64,000 nt of DNA from Cetorhinus maximus (lineage: Eukaryota): contig NC_135892.1 in NCBI RefSeq assembly GCF_964194155.1, positions 11,284,001 through 11,348,000 on the forward strand. The letters are read 5' to 3'. How positions within the stretch are numbered: the stretch's first letter is position 1; each line of letters begins with the position of its first letter. The notes beneath the pieces are model-generated. The model made no database searches. It worked only from the letters and a program-made list of their open reading frames with translations, and was not told the origin of the DNA. The position numbers and the translations under genes are program-made. Shown here one piece after another: positions 12,703 to 23,670 of this stretch.

Positions 12703-13387
12703 ATGCAGGAGCACAGAAACAGAGGAGGCCATTTAGCCCCTCAATCCTGTTCCACCATTCAATTAGATCATGGTGGATCGATGACCTAACTCCATATACC
12801 ATATATCTCTCTTCACATACTGTCTCACTCTTTAAATCCACTGTCATCACTCCACTCGTCAAAAAAAAGCCTTGACACAACCATCCTTATAGACCACCAC
12901 CCCATCTCCAATCTGTCCAAGTCCTTGAACATGTCATTAATACAAAAGCAGAATACTGCAGATGCTGGAAATCTGCAATAAAAACAGAAAATCAGGTGGA
13001 TGACCCTTCATCAGAACACAAATCAGATCTTTGTGACTGTGACAAAGTTAAACTTTCTTTTGCCCCTCCCTATTTCTGTAATCTCCTTCAACTCCACAGA
13101 CCTTCGAGATATCCGCACTTGTCTAATTCTAGCCTCTTGAGCATCCCCACTTTTAATTGCTCCACCGTTGGTCATTGTGCATTCAGCTGTATTGGCGCCA
13201 AGCCTATAGAGTTCCTTCTCTAAACTTCACAGTCTCTCCGCCTCTCTCATTGAGCAAGCTTTTGGCCAACTGCCCTAATATCACCTCATGCAGCTCAGTC
13301 AAATTTTATTTTATAATGTTGTGAAGCATCTTAGGACATTTATTACATTAAAGGTGCAATATAAATACAAGTTGTTTCTGTTGTTTT

Positions 13388-13891
13388 ACCCACCTTTGCC
13401 CATTTTCCTTAATGTCTTTGGTTAACAAAAAAATTATCGATCACAGATTTAAAATCAATTTGTATTTGCAGAAGACAGTTCAAAACTTCTACCACCCTTT
13501 GCATATAGAAGTGTTTCCTAACTTCACTCCTGAAAGGCCTGGCTTGAATTTTTAGACTATTCCCCCTAGTCATGGACATCCCAACCAGCAGAAATAGTTT
13601 CCCTCTATTTACCCTGGATAGAGCCTCAGTTTAATGTCTCTATTTACCCTATCAGTTCCCCTTAAAAACTTTGTTTAAATCACACCTTAGCCTTCTAAAT
13701 TTCAGGGAATACAACATTAGTCTGTGTAATCTCTCCTCATTATTTAACTCTTAGGAGTTTTAAGTTTCATTCGATAAATCTACACTGCACTCCCTCCAAG
13801 GTCAATATATCCTTTCTGAAGTGCGGTGCCCAGGAGTGTTCACAGTACACCAGGTGTGGTCTAACAAGGGTTTTGTATAGCTGAAGCATGG
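13388..13891 (-). mobile_element. CR1 LINE fragment
   Basis: Reverse complement of the CR1 RT 3' region (TACACTGCACTCCCTCCAAGGTCAATATATCC...GGTGCCCAG). Confidence 0.75.
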
Positions 13892-14591
13892 CTTCTTCTG
13901 TAGTCCAAGAACCTAGGCAATGGTGGATAGGTTCCTGGTAAGCAAGGGGGTGATAGGTTATCGGGGGTAGATGGGATGCAGATTTCAGGTTACTATCAGA
14001 TCAGCCATGATCTTGCTAAATGGCAGAGCAGACTTGAGGGGCTGAATGGACTACTTCTGCCCCTTGTTCGTATATCTAGAGGACTACAGTATAAACCATG
14101 CTTCAGCTACACAAAACGCTTGTTAGACCATACCTGGTGCACTGTATAGATAAAGACCAGCACTCCATTAGCCTTTTTGATTATTTTCTCTACCTGTTCA
14201 TGACATTTTGATGATCTGTGTACTTGAACCCTTAAGTCTCTCTGGGCCGCCACTATAGTAAAAACTGGGAATTGACTTGTATACATTAACATGAAACTCT
14301 AGTTTGGACCAGTACCAGTCATTTCCAAAGATTTACAGTTTTTTCCTTCTCATGTAGAAAGTATCCTGTCCTATCCTTTTCAGGTTCAAAGTGGATGTTT
14401 TGGAAATCCATTTGCCACAGTTTTGTCAATCCATTCAATCTATCAATATATCTTTATAATGTTGCTTTTCCATCTACTCTGCTTATAACACGACTTATCT
14501 TTGTGTTAGTGACACAAAGTCACTAGGATATACATCTTTCTATCACAATCCACAATCTATTTATTAATGGTTAATAAATAGGTCAAGTCCT

Positions 14592-16210
14592 GTCAGCTGT
14601 GGCTCAGTTGGTAGCATTCTTTCTCTGCACACCCCACCAGCTGTGGGTTCAGAGACCAGAGGACAAAAATATACACTGACATTCCTGTGCAGTAGCCGGG
14701 GGTGCTGTCAGGGGGTGCCATCTTCAGATGATTACAAAAATAGGTGGGAAGGCAAGTGGTGAGGATGACACAAGGAGTCTACAGAGGGATAAAGACAGAT
14801 TAAGTGAGTGGGCAAAAACTTGGCAGATGGAATATAATATGGGAAAATGTGAGGTTTTGCACTTTGGCAGGAGGAATAGATGAGTTGAATATTATTTAAA
14901 TGGAGAAAGACTGCAGAAGGCTCCAGCATAGAGGGATTTAGGAGTCCTTGTGCATGAATCCCAAAAAGCTAGCATACAAGTTCAACAGGTAATAGGGAAG
15001 GCAAATGAAATATTGGCCTTTATTTCAAAGGGGATGGAGTACAAAAATTGGGAAGCCTTGCTAAAACTACACAAGGCCTAATTAGACCACACATAGAATA
15101 CTGTGAACAATTTTGGTCCCCTTATCTAAGGAAAGATATACTGGCATTGGAGGCAGTTCAGAGAAGGTTCACTAGGTTGATCCGGGTATGGAGGGATTTT
15201 CTTATGAGGAGAGGTTGAGTGGGTTGGGCCTGTACTCGTTGGGGTTTAGAAGAATGAGAGACAACCTTATTGAAACATATAAGGTTTTTAGGGGGCTTGA
15301 CAGGGTAAATGCTGAGAGGTTGTTTCCCCTTGTAGGAGAGTCTAGGACCAGAGTGCATAATCCTCAGAGTAAGGAGGCGCCCATTTAAAACAGAGATGAG
15401 GAGGAATTTCTTCTCTCAGAGGGTAGTCAATCTGTGGAATTATTTACCGCAGAGGGCTGTAGAGGCTGGGTTGTTAAGTATTTTCAAGGCTGAGATAGAC
15501 AGATTTTTAATCAGTAAGGGAATCAAGGGTTATGGGGGCAAGGCAGGAAAGTGGAGTTGAGGATTATCAGCCATGATCTCATTGAATGGCAGAGCAGACT
15601 CGATGGGCCAAAAGGCCTACTTCTGCTCCTACGTCTTGAGAGGTTAAACTGAAAAAAAAACTAAAAGAACCCATGGCACTACTTTGAGGGAGAGCAGGGG
15701 AGTTATCCCTGGTGTCCAAATCAATACTTATCCCTTAATCAACGTCACTAGAAACAGTTTTCTCCTCCTTCAGGTATCATGCCCTAAAAGGCCATTGGCA
15801 ACCACTGGATTGATCTATGATTATGCTTGGCAAAGTGCTGCAGTGGTTTGCTGTTGCATTCTGCAGTATGGCTGATCAGGAAACTCTTCCACTCTTACTA
15901 CTTGTCATCAGGTGTATTGGAAGGACTTACAGCTGATAACCAACTTGCTTGGCCACACTGTGGACACACTTTCCACGGCCATCAAGTCCTGGAATGGGAC
16001 TTGAACGCAGTGCTTGGGACGCTACCCACTGCGCCACCAGACCTCCTAAAAACAGATTAGGTGGGACAATATCACATTGCTGTTTGCGGGAGCTGGCTGT
16101 GCGCGATTGGGCTGCAGAGTTTCCTACATTGTGCACTTCAAAAAGTGAACTTGATTGGCTTTGGGACGCCCTGGGGTGGTGATGAAGGCGCTGTACAAGC
16201 GCAGGTTTTC
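14592..16210 (+). mobile_element. DeuSINE split by a CR1 insertion and a second insert
   Basis: Head ~14592-14731, resumes GAGAGGTTAAACTG at ~15639, tail ~16055-16210. Confidence 0.6.
14732..15638 (+). mobile_element. CR1 LINE 3' part
   Basis: LQRD.DRLSEWAKTWQM and [19 protein letters not shown] fragments; tail GATCTCATTGAATGGCAGAGCAGACTCGATGGGCC. Confidence 0.92.
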
Positions 16211-16318
16211 TCCCTCTTTCTGTGTATATATATATATATATATATATGTGTGAGCACAGTTGCAGAGGTTCTTTTCTCTCTCTGTGTCTGTGTGTGGCTG
16301 CACAGGGCTGACACTCAC

Positions 16319-16480
16319 AATGATTTGGTAAGAGGCGCGGTTGTCGCTGGTCACCGGGTGGACGGTCAGACTGAGCACGTCGCTGCCCAGTATCATTTTG
16401 TAATTGAGGATGGTGGAGTTGAAGGGAGGCTCCAGTGTCCCGGGAGAGACCATCAGCTTCTTTAGGTTGCAGTCGTCCAT
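16319..16480 (-). CDS. Uncharacterised cadherin-like beta-sandwich/U-box-like protein, coding exon 1
   Basis: gcgATGG start, 54 codons MDDCNLKKLMVSPGTLEPPFNSTILNYKMILGSDVLSLTVHPVTSDNRASYQII, |GTGAGT donor, phase 0; L.V..G.L.P.F....NY pattern of cadherin-like beta-sandwich. Confidence 0.85.
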
Positions 16481-17260
16481 CGCCTTCCCTTTACCAGTCT
16501 CTCTCTCTGAGCGGTGACCCTCTTTTTGTTGTCCTGCCTCCTCTCACTCAGCCGCCCAACCTCAACATGTCGCCGCTCCCATGGCAACCGATGCCTTCCA
16601 CAAACACCGGGGCGAGGGCCCGGGATGATTCCCTCCTCCCCCAAACGCCTTTTATTCACAACCCACAGAATCAAGCGATCACCCCCCCCCCCCTCAATTT
16701 CAAAAGCATTGGAGGGCGGTGGGTTTATTGATTTTTTTTCCCCACTCTAACGGACGGCAGCCGCCTCCTCCTCCCGCCGGACTGGACTACAACTCCCGGC
16801 AACCCCTGCGCGCTATGCACATGCGCACTGCCGAGCCGCTATGCTAAAACCGCTCATATTCGATTTGTCCACCACTCGATGCAAACATGTCGGATTATCC
16901 TTCGTATGGAACCGTTATATTTATTTTGTAAGGCTCTGGTCCTAATTTGAAACCTTGCCATTTTCCTCACGTGCCAACATGACGGCAACGACCGAGCGCA
17001 TGCGCATTTAGTGGAGTTGCATCCACATTTCTAATATTCGATTATTTTATGACGCTGAACACATATATTTAATCCTACGAAGTGTTAGCATGCTAGGTTT
17101 AATCTTTTTTCCGTCTCTTCTAATTTGAGTATTTACCAACCGTGACCTGAAATGACTACAGGTCCCAGCATGCGCTGGGAGTGCTGCACATGCGCAGTCA
17201 GGGGGCTGACTCGGTAGTGACCCTGATTCCCTTCTCCTTCCGCCGGTTGCTGGGTGCAAA
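16481..17260. promoter_or_regulatory. CpG-rich bidirectional promoter and 5' UTRs
   Basis: Lies between divergent ATGs. ZNF143/THAP11-type ACTACAnnTCCC at 16786-16805 and 17155-17173; NRF1-type (T/G)GC(A/G)CATGCGCA at 16816-16827, 16996-17006, 17185-17196; YY1-type AAAATGGCG at 17258-17266; RFX X-box-like GCTCCCATGGCAAC at 16575-16588. Confidence 0.85.
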
Positions 17261-17401
17261 ATGGCGAGCCCCGAGCCTTTAAATGAAGAATATCCGACAG
17301 AAATCCACGAGTTCTTGGTGGGGTTCGAGGAGTCACTGAAGTCTGCCGATGGAACATTGAGGACCCTGATGTCGGTGCCCAGGAGTGAGTTGCTCCAGAA
17401 G
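17261..17401 (+). CDS. C1D: C1D (nuclear exosome cofactor, Rrp47 homolog), coding exon 1
   Basis: ATG to AAG|GTAACC donor, 47 codons [47 protein letters not shown]; resembles human C1D N-terminus (NEDYPVEIHEYL...MMSVSRNELLQK) from memory; phase 0. Confidence 0.96.
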
Positions 17402-17467
17402 GTAACCAACCCTTTGGTCCTCCACAATGGCCCAGCATTTACCGCCCTGACTAGCTTCTTGGACCTA

Positions 17468-17810
17468 GGGTTGCCAACTCTCCAGGATTGGCCTGGAGTC
17501 TCTAGGAATTGAAGATCAGTCTCCATGGACACTGCTAGCATCGGGACCTTAAAAAATATTGTTTTGATTTTGTAACATTCTTTGAACGTTTCCCTTTACC
17601 AGATGTAAAAACACTGAAAATGTGAGGAAAAGGCTTTTTGGCTGACAGTCAAGCATTATCCCATTGGATAATGAGTCTTTTTGCTTTCTAATTTGTGCAG
17701 GAAGGTAGTGTGTTACAAGGATGGATGTGTTGGCTGACTAGTGGCTGGAGTGTGGGGGCAAGTCATGTGGTGAAACCTCCAGGAATGCATTTAATCACAG
17801 TTGGCAACCC
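17468..17810. mobile_element. MITE with GGGTTGCCAACT TIRs in C1D intron 1
   Basis: TA|GGGTTGCCAACT...AGTTGGCAACCC|TA; about 340 bp; superfamily not assigned. Confidence 0.8.
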
Positions 17811-17814
17811 TAGT

Positions 17815-18340
17815 GAGACCTCAACTGGAGTATTGTGTATTTGGGAAATATGTGAAAGCATTTGGAGAGGGTACAGAAAAGATCCATGAGAATGGTTCCA
17901 GGAATGAGGCACTTCAGTTATGTGGATAGATTGGAGAGATTGGGGCTGCTCTCCTTGGAGAAAAGGTTGAGAGGAGGTTTGATGGAGGTGTTCAAAATCA
18001 TGTGGGGCCTGGACAGAGTAGATAGGGAGAAACTGTTCCCTCCCACTTGTGAAAGGATTGAGAATGAGAGGGCTCAGATTTAAAGTAACTGGCAAAAAAG
18101 AGCAATGGCGATGTGAGGAAAATCTTTTTTACGCAACAAGTGATTAGGATCTGGAATGTGCTGCCTGTGTGCATGATGGAGGCAGGTTCAATCATGACTT
18201 TCAAAAGGGCATTGACAGTCACCTGAAGAAGAAAAATTTGGAGAGCTACAGGGAAAAAGCACTAGGTGAATTACAGAGAGCTGGCACAGAGATGATGGGT
18301 TGAATGGCTGCATTCTGTGCTATGACCATTCTATGATTCT
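17815..18340 (+). mobile_element. CR1 LINE 3' part
   Basis: ERVQKRSMRMVPGMRHFSYVDRLERLGLLSLEKRLRGGL; ATTCTATGATTCT tail. Confidence 0.88.
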
Positions 18341-19167
18341 ACCTTATTTCAGAGGGCAGATGAGCCGTCCACATTGATGTGGGTCTGGAGTCACGTATTG
18401 GCCAGGTAAGGATGGCAGATTTCCTTCCCTAAAGCATACCAAAAATGTGATCTCCCTAGAGTGGGTACAGAGGAAATTTCTCAAGATGTTGTCAGGAATA
18501 GACAATTTTAGCTATGAGGGAAAAATTGTATAGGCTGAGGTTGTTTTCTTTGGAACAGAGCAGGCTGAGGGGGGATTTAACTGAGGTGTTAAAAAATGGA
18601 GGTGCCTAGAAGGAGTGGATTGGAAGGATCATCTTCCTTTGGCAGAGAGGTCAATAACCAGGTTTTAGCAGCATCAGTGAAATTATGTTAACATTAACTG
18701 TTTTTCTGTCTCCACAAATACTGCTGATCTGAGTGTTTCCAGCATTTAGTTTTTATTTCAGGTTTCCAGCGTCTGCAGAATTTTGCTTTTGCAATAACCA
18801 TGGGGCACAGATTTAAAGTCGTTGGTAGAAGGATTAGAGGGGAATTGAATAATTGTTTCACCCAGAGGGTGGTGAGGGTCTGGAACTCACTGACTGAAAG
18901 GGTGGTAGAGGTAAAAGCCCTCAGTGCATTTAAAAAAAAACCCACTGGATTTGCCCTTGAGGTGCTATAACCAACTGGGCCATGGGTCAAGATCTGGAAG
19001 GTGGGTTTAGACTGGATAGCTGAATGACCTTATATGCTGTAAATCTTTCTTTGTTTCTAGTAAACTGGATGGGTTTTTTTTTTTATAACAATCCAGTACT
19101 GCTTGGTTGCCATTACTGATGCTAGCTTTTCATTCCAGATTTTGTGTATTGCTGAAAAAAAGAGACT

Positions 19168-19201
19168 TGTCGAAGCTTTTCGACTTACACTCATCAGGCC
19201 A
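19168..19201 (-). ncRNA. Minimal type-I hammerhead ribozyme motif
   Basis: Reverse strand reads tggc-CTGATGA-gtgtaagtc-GAAA-agct-TC-gaca; core intact, one stem-I mismatch. Confidence 0.6.
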
Positions 19202-19250
19202 CTTGCAAGAATACCAATATAAGGGGAAGACAACAATTTATACTGTATGT

Positions 19251-20560
19251 TGTTATGATCCCAGCTGATGTTACTACAGGACAACCCAGATCCCAGGGTG
19301 GAACCCATCTTGATACATCCTAACTTTTATTTTTTGTTTAGATATGTGGAGCGTGGCTACTGAACAGAGTCACAGGAGTCAGCTGATGAACTTTTAACAA
19401 AGGAATAAAACATTCATTAAACCAGAGAAGATGAACTATGTTGCAATACTCCTTCACCCATAACTGTACCTTTACAGATATATACAGATTTGTAAGGATA
19501 ACACAAGTTACAAAAGCTATCTTATACTCTAATGTTCACAGTAAGAACACAGTCCCATGTAAACCAATAGGTGACCTGTGGCTAGGTACACCACACTTTG
19601 AAACCAAGTGACAGATGTTACCCCAAACAGATGCTCTCCATAGATGCTTGTGTCACTGAGCCAACCAGCCTCACTGAATTTCATCTTTCACGTGAGGGTT
19701 TCCAATCTCCACTCTTGAAGAACTTGCTCTGGAACCTTCTCCCAAACAACTCTTTCTCTCAGATGCTTTCCACAAGGATCACCTCCAAGGTTTTGAACTC
19801 TCCTTCGGATATTCCTTTCCCCGGATCACCATGTGCACTCAAGCTTCCTTCCGTGCACTTTCTTACACTGACTCAGCCATGCCAACAGAACACTGTTCAC
19901 ATGCCCCTAGTAAACAGTTACAGACCTTCTGCTGTCCCCTTGGATCTTCCGGCTTCTTTATTTAAATCTGCTTCCTGCTTTCTTCTCTTTAAGCTTGGAG
20001 CCTTCCTCTCTGCTCCTTACTTTCACTTCCACAGAACTGTACCTTTTCCAGATTCCTGTCCTTGTGCTTTGATTAGACTGTCCTCTTGGGACCTTTCCTG
20101 TTCCACTGCCCTGGATTTGGGGACTTTCTACTTCAGTTTCTGGAACTTGCTTCTGCAGTCCCTTCTGCTTGTCCAGCCTCTCTGGCAGCTGGCTTCAACT
20201 GGACTCAGACTGCTTTTCTTTTTGTGTGCGGGTGTGTTCGTTCCCTCTCTGGACCCCTGTTGCTCGACAACAGCACAGTTTTTTTTTAACCTTGTTTTAA
20301 CTTACCGAAACCACTACCCCTCTTGATAACACAGCTCTCCACTTCAAGGGTCATCAAGCCCATTAGAATTGCAGGTATAAAAACAGAGAGCGTTAGACCT
20401 GCTGTCTCCACTCAAAAAGGAAACTAGATCCCAGGTTTCACTGTTTAACCCACAAATAGAAAAAAACTATAAATTGAACTTAAACTTAAGGATATAACTT
20501 ATTCCTAACACGCCCTAACTAATACACATAACTAACTTAAACTGTCTCTATTTCCTAACA
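19251..20560. mobile_element. Solo LTR (1310 bp)
   Basis: Termini TGTTA...TAACA; 4-bp TSD ATGT at 19247-19250 and 20561-20564. Confidence 0.85.
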
Positions 20561-21006
20561 ATGTGAAGAGTGTGCTGATTGGTTGGCAAGTGGCGTTGCC
20601 ATGAAGAATGCACCACTGATGGTGACTGACAGTTAACTGCCAAGCATTGTTTGAAATTTATACCAGGCATCTTGATTCTGATTGGTCAAGGCATTGCCCT
20701 GAGGAATGAATCAGTGAATGGCTGCCACTTATTTTATTCAGCTGAAACAGGCGCAATGCGTGTACCTGTTCTTTGCTTGCTAAGAACAGATCCCTGTGTA
20801 TTATATATATGCGTGTATGTATATATGATACACATACATATATTAATGCAGCTGCCTGGGTTAAATTTCAAACAATGCTTGGCAGTTAACTGTCAGCCAC
20901 CATCAGTGGTGCGGTCTCCACAGCAACACCACTTGCCAACCAATCAGCACTCTCTTCACATACAGTATAAATTGTTGTTTTCCCGCTTATATTGGTACTC
21001 TTGCGA

Positions 21007-21042
21007 GTGTCCTGATGATTGCAAGATGAAATGCTTAGACAT
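21007..21042 (+). ncRNA. Minimal hammerhead motif (degenerate stems II and III)
   Basis: gtgtc-CTGATGA-ttgcaagat-GAAA-tgct-TA-gacat; stem I intact. Confidence 0.5.
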
Positions 21043-22604
21043 GTCTTTTTTTTTCAGCAATACTCAAGTTCTGTACTACCAAACGACTATCCCAGACGTC
21101 CTTAAATTCAATTCACTGAATTTAAGTCCCACAGCTGCCAGTGGAGGGATTTGATGTCACACCTTTGGAGCGTTAGTCCAGAAACACAACCCTATGTTCC
21201 CTTGGGTCTGCTGTCAGCAAGACCCCAATAACTGATGCAAAAGTGAAAAGTTTTACACTGATGCTGGGAAATCTGAAATAAAAAGACAGAATGCTAGAAA
21301 TCCTCAGCAGTTAAGGCAGCATTTCTGGAGAGAGAAACAGAGCTAACATTTTGGGTAAATGACCTTTTATCAGGACCTGTTCCTCTCCACACTTGCTGCC
21401 CAACCTGAGTGTGTTCTGGTCTTTTCCCTTTTTAATCACAGCATTTAGCATTCATTTCAATATCAAGAAGGTGGCTACCAGTGAGGAAGATGTATCGCTG
21501 CTAGCTCCTCCAATCAAAACCAATTCGTAGTTTATCTCTCCCCCACCACCACCACCACACCCCCCAAAACCCTGTTACATTGTGATTATTTTTTTAAAAA
21601 CAGAAGCAGAATACTGTGGATCCTAGAAATCTGAAATGTAAACATTAAGTACTGGAATTTCACAGATACTACCCGACCAGCAGTGTATTTCCTGCACTTC
21701 ATCACCTTTTCAAACCTATTGTCTGTTCCTCAAAGCTCACCCTTCTCATTCCAGCTCTACAGTCTAATCTTTTCCTTTCTTGAGCCCTTCAATGTGTTTC
21801 TGCCAATTAGTCCCACACTCACTTCTCCCACGGTTTCCTTTCCCTGTTTGATTCTGTCAGTCTGCCTTCATCTCATCCACACCATGGTCAATGTCACCAA
21901 TTCTGCTTATGATCATTGCCATGGTGAGTTATGCCTCCTTGAATCCTCTACGTTGCCTGTGATTTGATTGGCTATCTATGCCTTTCACAATCTTGGGACA
22001 TCTCCTAAGTGCTCCCCAGCCAATGAACTTTTTATTTTGAAGTGCAAACGATTACTTGGTGGGTGAATATGGCAGGGAATTTAGACACGGTAATATCCCG
22101 TAAACATTAATGAGATTACTGACTGTTCTGTGCTGGGTGTTAAATGAATGTAGGCAAGGGCACCCAGAAATATCTTTGGGTTCCTTTGACAGCACGCCAT
22201 AAAGCTGGCAGGAGTTTTAGTTAATGTCTCACCTGAAAAACAAATGGCACACGTACAATGCAGCACTCCCCCAGTGTTACACTTGACATTTTGGCTTGGG
22301 TTATTTACTCAAATGCTGGAATGGAGCTTGAACCCACAACCTGGATGTGGAGGTGAGCGTGTTGCCAAACTGATATTTAAGATTTGTCTTCAATTTTTCA
22401 TTAGCCTCCTAAGATCCATTTGATGCAAACTCCCAACTCACCTGTAACTTTGCCACACTACACAAGGATGATATTTTAAATTTGAGGCGTTGCTGGAGTG
22501 GGAGCCATTGCTGGCCGTGCCTTCAGCTGCTTGGGCCCTAAACTCTGGAATTCCCTCCCTATAGCTCTCTGCCTCTCTTTCCTCCTTTAAGATGCTCCTT
22601 AAAA

Positions 22605-23670
22605 CCTTGGGGCCTAGACAACTGACCACATGGCCACCAATGGTGGAGCAATTATATTAAGGAATGCACAAGAGGCCAGAGTTAGGAGTGCAGATATCTT
22701 GGAGGTTTGTGGGGTTGGGGGAGATTACAGGGATAAGGAGGGGGCGAAGCCATTAAGAGATTTGAAATCACAGGTGAGAATTTTAAAGTCAAGATGTTGC
22801 TTGACCGGGAGCCAATGTAGGTCAGCGACCAGAGGGGTGACTTGCTGCTAGCTAAGACACGGACAGCAGAATTTACATGATCTCAAGTTTACGGAGGGTA
22901 GAACATGGGAGACCAGCTAGGAGTGCACTGGAATAATTGAGTTCAGTGGTAATGGCGGGGGGGGGGGCGGTGGGGGGCATGGATGAGGGTTTCAGCGGCA
23001 GATGAGCTGAGACAGGGGCTGTCAGGCGATGTTAGAGGTGAAAATAGGCGGTCTTAGTGATGATGTGAATGAGGTTGGGAGCTCATCCCTGGATCAAACC
23101 TGGCACCATGGCAGCGAATGGACTGGCAACAGTCTAGATTAAGCCAGGGAGAGGAATGGAGTCGGTAACTAGGGAATGGAGTTTGGAATGGGGAACAAAG
23201 ACAATGGCTTCAGCCTTCCAGTATTTAATGAGAGGCAATTTTTGCTCATCTAGTTCTGAATGTCGGATATGTAGTCTGTTAATTTGGGAGTTGAGAGGGG
23301 TGGTGGTGAGGTAGAGCTGGGTGTTGTCAGCATACATGTGCACACTAATGCTGTATCTTCAGATGATTGTCATTGAGGGCAGCATGTAGTTGAGAAAATA
23401 GGAGGGGGCCAAGGATAGATCCTTGGGTAAACACCAGAGATATGTGCGGGAGCAGGAAGTGAAACCATCTCAAGTGATTCTCTGTGATTAATTAGATAAT
23501 GGAACAGCATGAGAGTAGTCCCACGCAGCTGGATGATGGTGGAGAGGCATTGGAGGAGGATGATGTGGTCAAACGTGTCAAAGGCTGCAGACAAGTCAAG
23601 AAGGATGAGGAGGGAAAGTTTGCCTTTGTCAGAGTCACATACAATGTCATTTGTGACTTTGATAAGAACA
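22605..23670 (-). mobile_element. L2-clade LINE RT remnant
   Basis: Minus frames give SAAFDTFDHIILLQCL and HMYADNTQLYL (L2 RT motifs). Confidence 0.85.

Larger units (their letters stand above)
19149..21084. mobile_element. Family-1 palindromic element split by a solo LTR
   Basis: Left part ends TACTGTATGT at 19250 and resumes ATGTGAAGAG at 20561, matching TACTGTATGTGAAG in the uninterrupted copy at 11946. Confidence 0.8.

Noticed and set aside
17047-17541. 164-aa antisense ORF over C1D exon 1
   Set aside because: Starts inside a MITE, shadows a GC-rich exon and promoter, and shows no recognisable homology.
19598-20326. 242-aa ORF
   Set aside because: Lies wholly within the solo LTR; L/S/P/F-rich because of pyrimidine skew; no recognisable domain.
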